Origin: Vicinamibacterales bacterium
GTDB lineage: Bacteria; Acidobacteriota; Vicinamibacteria; Vicinamibacterales; 2-12-FULL-66-21
DNA: 64,000 bases
Reading direction: 5' to 3'
Assembly: GCA_040881785.1 (NCBI GenBank)
Contig: JBBECO010000221.1
Span: 1,865 to 65,864, forward strand
Shown here piece after piece: positions 60,467 to 64,000 of this stretch. How positions within the stretch are numbered: the first letter of the stretch is position 1; every line of letters starts with the position of its first letter. Made by a program: the position numbers and the translations under genes. Below the pieces are notes generated by a model. The model was not told where the DNA came from. It was given only the letters and a program-made list of their open reading frames with translations, and searched no databases.

Positions 60467-61345
60467 ATGGCGCGAGCCGTTTCCGCCCTCGCTGCCCTTG
60501 TCCTGCTGCTGCTCGTTCCGGCGGGCGCGCAGCAGAAGACCGTGTTCCGCACCGGCGTGCAGACGGTCGTGCTCCATGCGACCGTGCGCGGCGGGGATGG
60601 CCGCCTCGTGCCCAACCTCACGGCTGACGACTTCGACGTTCGGGACGAGGGGCAGCCCGTGCCCATCAGCGTGTTCTCGAACGACCCGCAGCCGATCACC
60701 GTCGCGCTGCTGCTCGACATGAGCGGCAGCATGGTCGGACAGTTCCTGCGCGTGCGTGAAGCCACCAGGTACTTCGTCGATGCCATTCAGCCTGAGGACC
60801 GAGTCAGGATCGGGACCTTCGGCGACGAAGTCGCGTTGAGCCCGCTGCTGACGGGCGACAAGCCGGTGCTGCGCCGCATCGTCGGCGACGAGTTGTGGCC
60901 CGGCGGCGGCACGCCGCTGTGGAACGCCGTGAATGCCGCGATGCGCTCGCTGGCCAGCGAGCCTGGACGCCGCGTCGTTCTCGCGCTCACCGATGGCGCC
61001 GACACCGGCGGTCTTCCGGGTCTGAACGGCAACGCCGGCGACGCCCGCAAGGCCGTGGAAGACCGGGGATTCATGGTCTATGCGATCGGCCTGGAAGGGC
61101 GCCAGCTGGACGGCGGGATCGTGTCGCTCGCCGAGCAGAGCGGCGGCGGGCATTTTCTGCTGGAGAGGGGTGCGGACCTGGAGGCGACGTTCGCGCGCGT
61201 GATCGAGGAGCTGCGGCACCAGTACGAGATCGGATACCTGCTGCCGAAGGCCGACGGGAAGCTGCACGACGTCGAGGTCCGCGTCAGGAAACCTGGCATG
61301 AAGGCGCGTGCGAAGAAGAATTACCGCGCGCCGAAGGGCACGTGA
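60467..61345 (+). CDS. VWFA-related Acidobacterial-domain (TIGR03436-like) secreted von Willebrand A protein
   Basis: Signal peptide MARAVSALAALVLLLLVPAGAQQ, then TVVLHATVRGGDGRLVPNLTADDFDVRDEGQPVPI, MIDAS-like LLLDMSGSM, GGTPLWNA and LTDGADT. Confidence 0.8.
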   Translation: MARAVSALAALVLLLLVPAGAQQKTVFRTGVQTVVLHATVRGGDGRLVPNLTADDFDVRDEGQPVPISVFSNDPQPITVALLLDMSGSMVGQFLRVREATRYFVDAIQPEDRVRIGTFGDEVALSPLLTGDKPVLRRIVGDELWPGGGTPLWNAVNAAMRSLASEPGRRVVLALTDGADTGGLPGLNGNAGDARKAVEDRGFMVYAIGLEGRQLDGGIVSLAEQSGGGHFLLERGADLEATFARVIEELRHQYEIGYLLPKADGKLHDVEVRVRKPGMKARAKKNYRAPKGT

Positions 61346-62286
61346 TGGCTGCCCGGTGGATCGCCATGGTCGCGCTCTCCCTCGGTGTAGCGCAGCCCTT
61401 TAGGGCTGCCTCGTCGGATGTGCAGCAGCCCTTCAGGGCTGCCTCACAACCAGCCCTCGTGCACGCGTCCGTCGTCGATGCCCAGGGTCAGTCGGTGTCC
61501 GGCCTCACCGCAGCGGACTTCGAGATCCTTCTCGACGGCGAGCCGACGCCGGTCCTGTCGGCGGCCCCGCGCAGCACGCTCTCACTGGCCGTCGTCGTCG
61601 ACACGAGCCGGAGCGCGCGATGGGGTGGCGGCATCATGCCGATGCCGCGCGACGTCGTGCTGGCGGTACTCGCCGGACTCCGGGACGACGACCGCCTGCG
61701 GTTCGGCTCGTTCGGTCAGCGTGTGCGCTTCGCGAAGCGGTGGGAGCCGGTGCGGGCGCGGAACCTGCGCAACGAACTGGGCGATACGCTGTCGGTCGAC
61801 GACCGCGAAACGCACGGCCCCTCGCCCATCTGGGACGTGGTCTATGACACGGTGACGATGCTCTCTGAAGAACCGGCGCCGCGCGCGATGCTGCTGCTGA
61901 CCGATGGCCGGAGCACGGGCAACCTGCGGAGCCTCGAGATGGCATCCGAGTATGCCTCCATGCACGGCGTCGCCGTGCACAGCATCCTCCGGAACGTCGA
62001 GATGCAGATTCCGCAGGGAGAACAGCGGGCTGTCGCCGTGCGGCCCTGGGTCGCCCTGGACCGGGTCGCGCGCTATACCGGCGGGACGTCCGTCGCGTTC
62101 AGGATCGACCAGAACCTGCGGGGTTTCACCCTCGCGGAGAACCTCGGACGCGCGATCCGCGACACCTACGCGCTCGCGTTCTCGCCAGGCGCCACCGGCG
62201 CGGTCCAGCGGATCGAGGTGCGCGCCAGGCGTATCGATCTGAACGCCATCGCGCCGATGGCGTTTCACGCGCCCCCTTCACGTTAG
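61345..62286 (+). CDS. second VWFA-related protein (degenerate MIDAS), translationally coupled to the first
   Basis: The ATG overlaps the previous TGA by 1 nt. Motifs are LVHASVVDAQGQSVSGLTAADFEILLDGEPTPV, VVVDTSRS and LLLTDGRSTG. The N-terminal region contains two palindromic DNA repeats. Confidence 0.7.
   Translation: MAARWIAMVALSLGVAQPFRAASSDVQQPFRAASQPALVHASVVDAQGQSVSGLTAADFEILLDGEPTPVLSAAPRSTLSLAVVVDTSRSARWGGGIMPMPRDVVLAVLAGLRDDDRLRFGSFGQRVRFAKRWEPVRARNLRNELGDTLSVDDRETHGPSPIWDVVYDTVTMLSEEPAPRAMLLLTDGRSTGNLRSLEMASEYASMHGVAVHSILRNVEMQIPQGEQRAVAVRPWVALDRVARYTGGTSVAFRIDQNLRGFTLAENLGRAIRDTYALAFSPGATGAVQRIEVRARRIDLNAIAPMAFHAPPSR
61393..61446. repeat. two REP-like palindromes, GCAGCCCTT(T/C)AGGGCTGCCTC, 33 bp apart inside the CDS
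   Basis: Copies at 61393-61413 and 61426-61446, each with an 8-bp perfect inverted repeat. They encode the duplicated peptide QPFRAAS after the signal peptide. Confidence 0.75.
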
Positions 62287-62332
62287 GGAACTTACGCTGG
62301 GGGTGCGGGGGTCTGACGATGAGGGTGCGCCG

Positions 62333-64000
62333 TCAGTTCCAACCGACCTTTCTGCCTGCATTCTGCTTGTCCAGCCACTCTTTCAGCGGCTGGAAGTACT
62401 CCGCCATGGCGCTCGCGTCCATCTGGCGCTGCCCGGTGAGCGCCTCGAGCACATCCGGCCAGGGCTTCGACGCCCCCATCTTCATCATGGCGTCGATGCG
62501 CGTGCCCGCCTCCTTGTTGCCGTAGATCGAGCAGCGGTGCAGCGGCGTCGTGCAGCCGGCCTCCTTCGCCAGCGCGCGGTGGAACTGGTACTGCAGGATC
62601 TGCGCGAGGAAGTACCGCGTGTAGGGCGTGTTGGCCGGCACGTGGTACTTCGCGCCCGGATCGAAGAAGGTCTCGCCGCGCGGTGACGACGGCGCGACGC
62701 CCTGGTATTTCAGCTTCAGGCCCCACCAGGCCGTGTTGTAGCGGTCCGGTGTGATCGCGCCCGAGAACACCTGCCAGCGCCACTGGTCCACGAGCAGGCC
62801 GAAGGGCAGGAACGCCAGGCGCTCGAGCGCGCCGCGCAGCAGCAGGCCGGTGTCGGCCGAGGCGTCCGGCGCCTTGTCGAGCAGCCCGATCTTGACCAGA
62901 TACTCCGGCGTCACCGACAGCGCCAGCACATCCCCGAGCGCTTCGTGGAAGCCGTCGTTCGCGCTGTCGCGGAAGATCATCGGCAGCTGGTTGTAGGCGC
63001 GCTGGTAGTAGTTGTGCCCCAGCTCGTGATGGATCGTCGAGAAGTCCTCGGCGTTCACATCGATGCACATCTTGATGCGCAGGTCGTCGACGCTGTCGAT
63101 GTTCCAGGCGCTCGCATGGCAGACGACCTCGCGATCGCGCGGCTTCACGAACATCGAGCGCTCCCAGAAGGTCTTCGGCAGCGGCTCGAACCCCAGCGAC
63201 GAGAAGAACGCCTCCCCCATCTTCACCATGCCGATCGGGTCGGCCTTCTTCGCCTTCAGGTTGTCGGTCAGCGAAAAGGTCTGCTTCACACCGGACGGCG
63301 CGACGATGTCGTAGATGTTGGACCAGTCCTGCTGCCAGAGGTTGCCGAGCAAATGCGCCGGAATGGGGCCGTTCTCCGGGACGATGTCGCCGTATTTCTC
63401 GCGCAGTTTCGTGCGCGTGTAGGTGTGGAGCGAGAGGTACAGCGGCCGCAGCTGCTCCCACAGGCGATCCAGCTCCTTCGCGAAGTCGTCGGCCGGCATG
63501 TCGTACTTGCCGCGCCACATCGCCCCCGTGTCCTTGAAGCCGAGGACCTTCGCCCCTTTGTTCGACAGCTCGACGAAGCGCGCGTAGTCCTTCTTGATGG
63601 GGGGAGAAATGCTGTGCCAGCCCTCCCAGACCTCCAGCAGGCGCTTCGGGTCGCGGTTCTCAGCCAGGATCTCGGTGATCTTCTCGATGTCGAGGCAGTC
63701 CTGTTCCGGCGGTGCAGCGGGGACCTGTCCCGAGCGAGCGCTTGGTGCAGGCGAGTCGAGGGGGCAGTATTTGCCGCGGCCGTAGACGCCTTCCATCGAC
63801 GCCACGATCTGCGTCAGCTCCTCGGCTTCCTTCGGATCCGGCGGCGCCGACATCGTCAGGGAGTTCTTGAGGAGGTAGAGCTGCCGGCGCTCGGCCGGCG
63901 AGACCTGCACCTTGTCGAACCGGAACGCGTCCTTCGCGAAGCGGGTGGCGGCGCCGACGAGGGCCTCGTTGGCCTGCGCGGCCATGACCTCGGTGTCCGG
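62333..64000 (-). CDS. peptidyl-dipeptidase A (angiotensin-converting-enzyme-like, peptidase M2), N-terminus outside the window
   Basis: HHELGHNYYQRAY (HEXXH) with the downstream HEALGDVLALS glutamate. The frame is open to the window edge upstream of the first Met at 63985. Confidence 0.85.
   Translation of the reverse strand, partial: PDTEVMAAQANEALVGAATRFAKDAFRFDKVQVSPAERRQLYLLKNSLTMSAPPDPKEAEELTQIVASMEGVYGRGKYCPLDSPAPSARSGQVPAAPPEQDCLDIEKITEILAENRDPKRLLEVWEGWHSISPPIKKDYARFVELSNKGAKVLGFKDTGAMWRGKYDMPADDFAKELDRLWEQLRPLYLSLHTYTRTKLREKYGDIVPENGPIPAHLLGNLWQQDWSNIYDIVAPSGVKQTFSLTDNLKAKKADPIGMVKMGEAFFSSLGFEPLPKTFWERSMFVKPRDREVVCHASAWNIDSVDDLRIKMCIDVNAEDFSTIHHELGHNYYQRAYNQLPMIFRDSANDGFHEALGDVLALSVTPEYLVKIGLLDKAPDASADTGLLLRGALERLAFLPFGLLVDQWRWQVFSGAITPDRYNTAWWGLKLKYQGVAPSSPRGETFFDPGAKYHVPANTPYTRYFLAQILQYQFHRALAKEAGCTTPLHRCSIYGNKEAGTRIDAMMKMGASKPWPDVLEALTGQRQMDASAMAEYFQPLKEWLDKQNAGRKVGWN

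Noticed and set aside
57560-61345. 1,261-aa plus-strand ORF, and the 317-codon N-terminal extension of the minus-strand ORF up to 61267
   Set aside because: The plus ORF is antisense to the amidase-hydrolase-caspase gene until the genuine VWA gene starts at 60467. The minus-strand extension beyond 60316 is antisense to that VWA gene and has no motifs. The ATG at 60316 gives a protein that begins directly at the amidase domain.

Overview
GC-rich bacterial chromosomal segment. Two TIGR03436-type VWFA proteins hint at Acidobacteriota, but that is inference only. I can support about 45 apparently intact CDSs and one tRNA-Ser(GGA). I saw no rRNA, CRISPR array, transposase or integrase. Main themes: (1) Stress/dormancy-type genes occur twice over: three tandem USPs, two BON proteins plus a BON remnant, a CBS pair, Hsp20, a phosphoribosyltransferase, a dienelactone hydrolase, CapA and PEBP. 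(2) A nucleic-acid repair block contains rtcB, a decayed archease, PolX and a truncated NAD-ligase. (3) A roughly 2,810-aa cyclic beta-1,2-glucan synthase-like gene is split by one in-frame TAG. (4) Sensory genes include a LOV-PP2C phosphatase, two histidine kinases and a 1,233-aa kinase-receiver-kinase-receiver protein. (5) A 4.95-kb islet sits beside tRNA-Ser, bounded by a 21-bp direct repeat of the tRNA 3' end. It carries MntA/HepT and a SWIM + SNF2 helicase pair and has no integrase. (6) The best candidate for an undescribed system is a leaderless 917-aa fusion of a PGRP-type amidase, an alpha/beta-hydrolase and a caspase-like domain. A thermolysin-like HEXXH protein starts 1 nt downstream of it (55651-60316). 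(7) At least 16 gene remnants are present, packed head-to-tail, and several keep both gene ends but lack the middle. This needs read-level validation. (8) There are unusual structured repeats: a heptamer-repeat palindrome, a nested 130-nt inverted repeat, and REP-like palindromes inside a CDS. All calls come from reading the ORF translations and DNA by eye. No database search was run.
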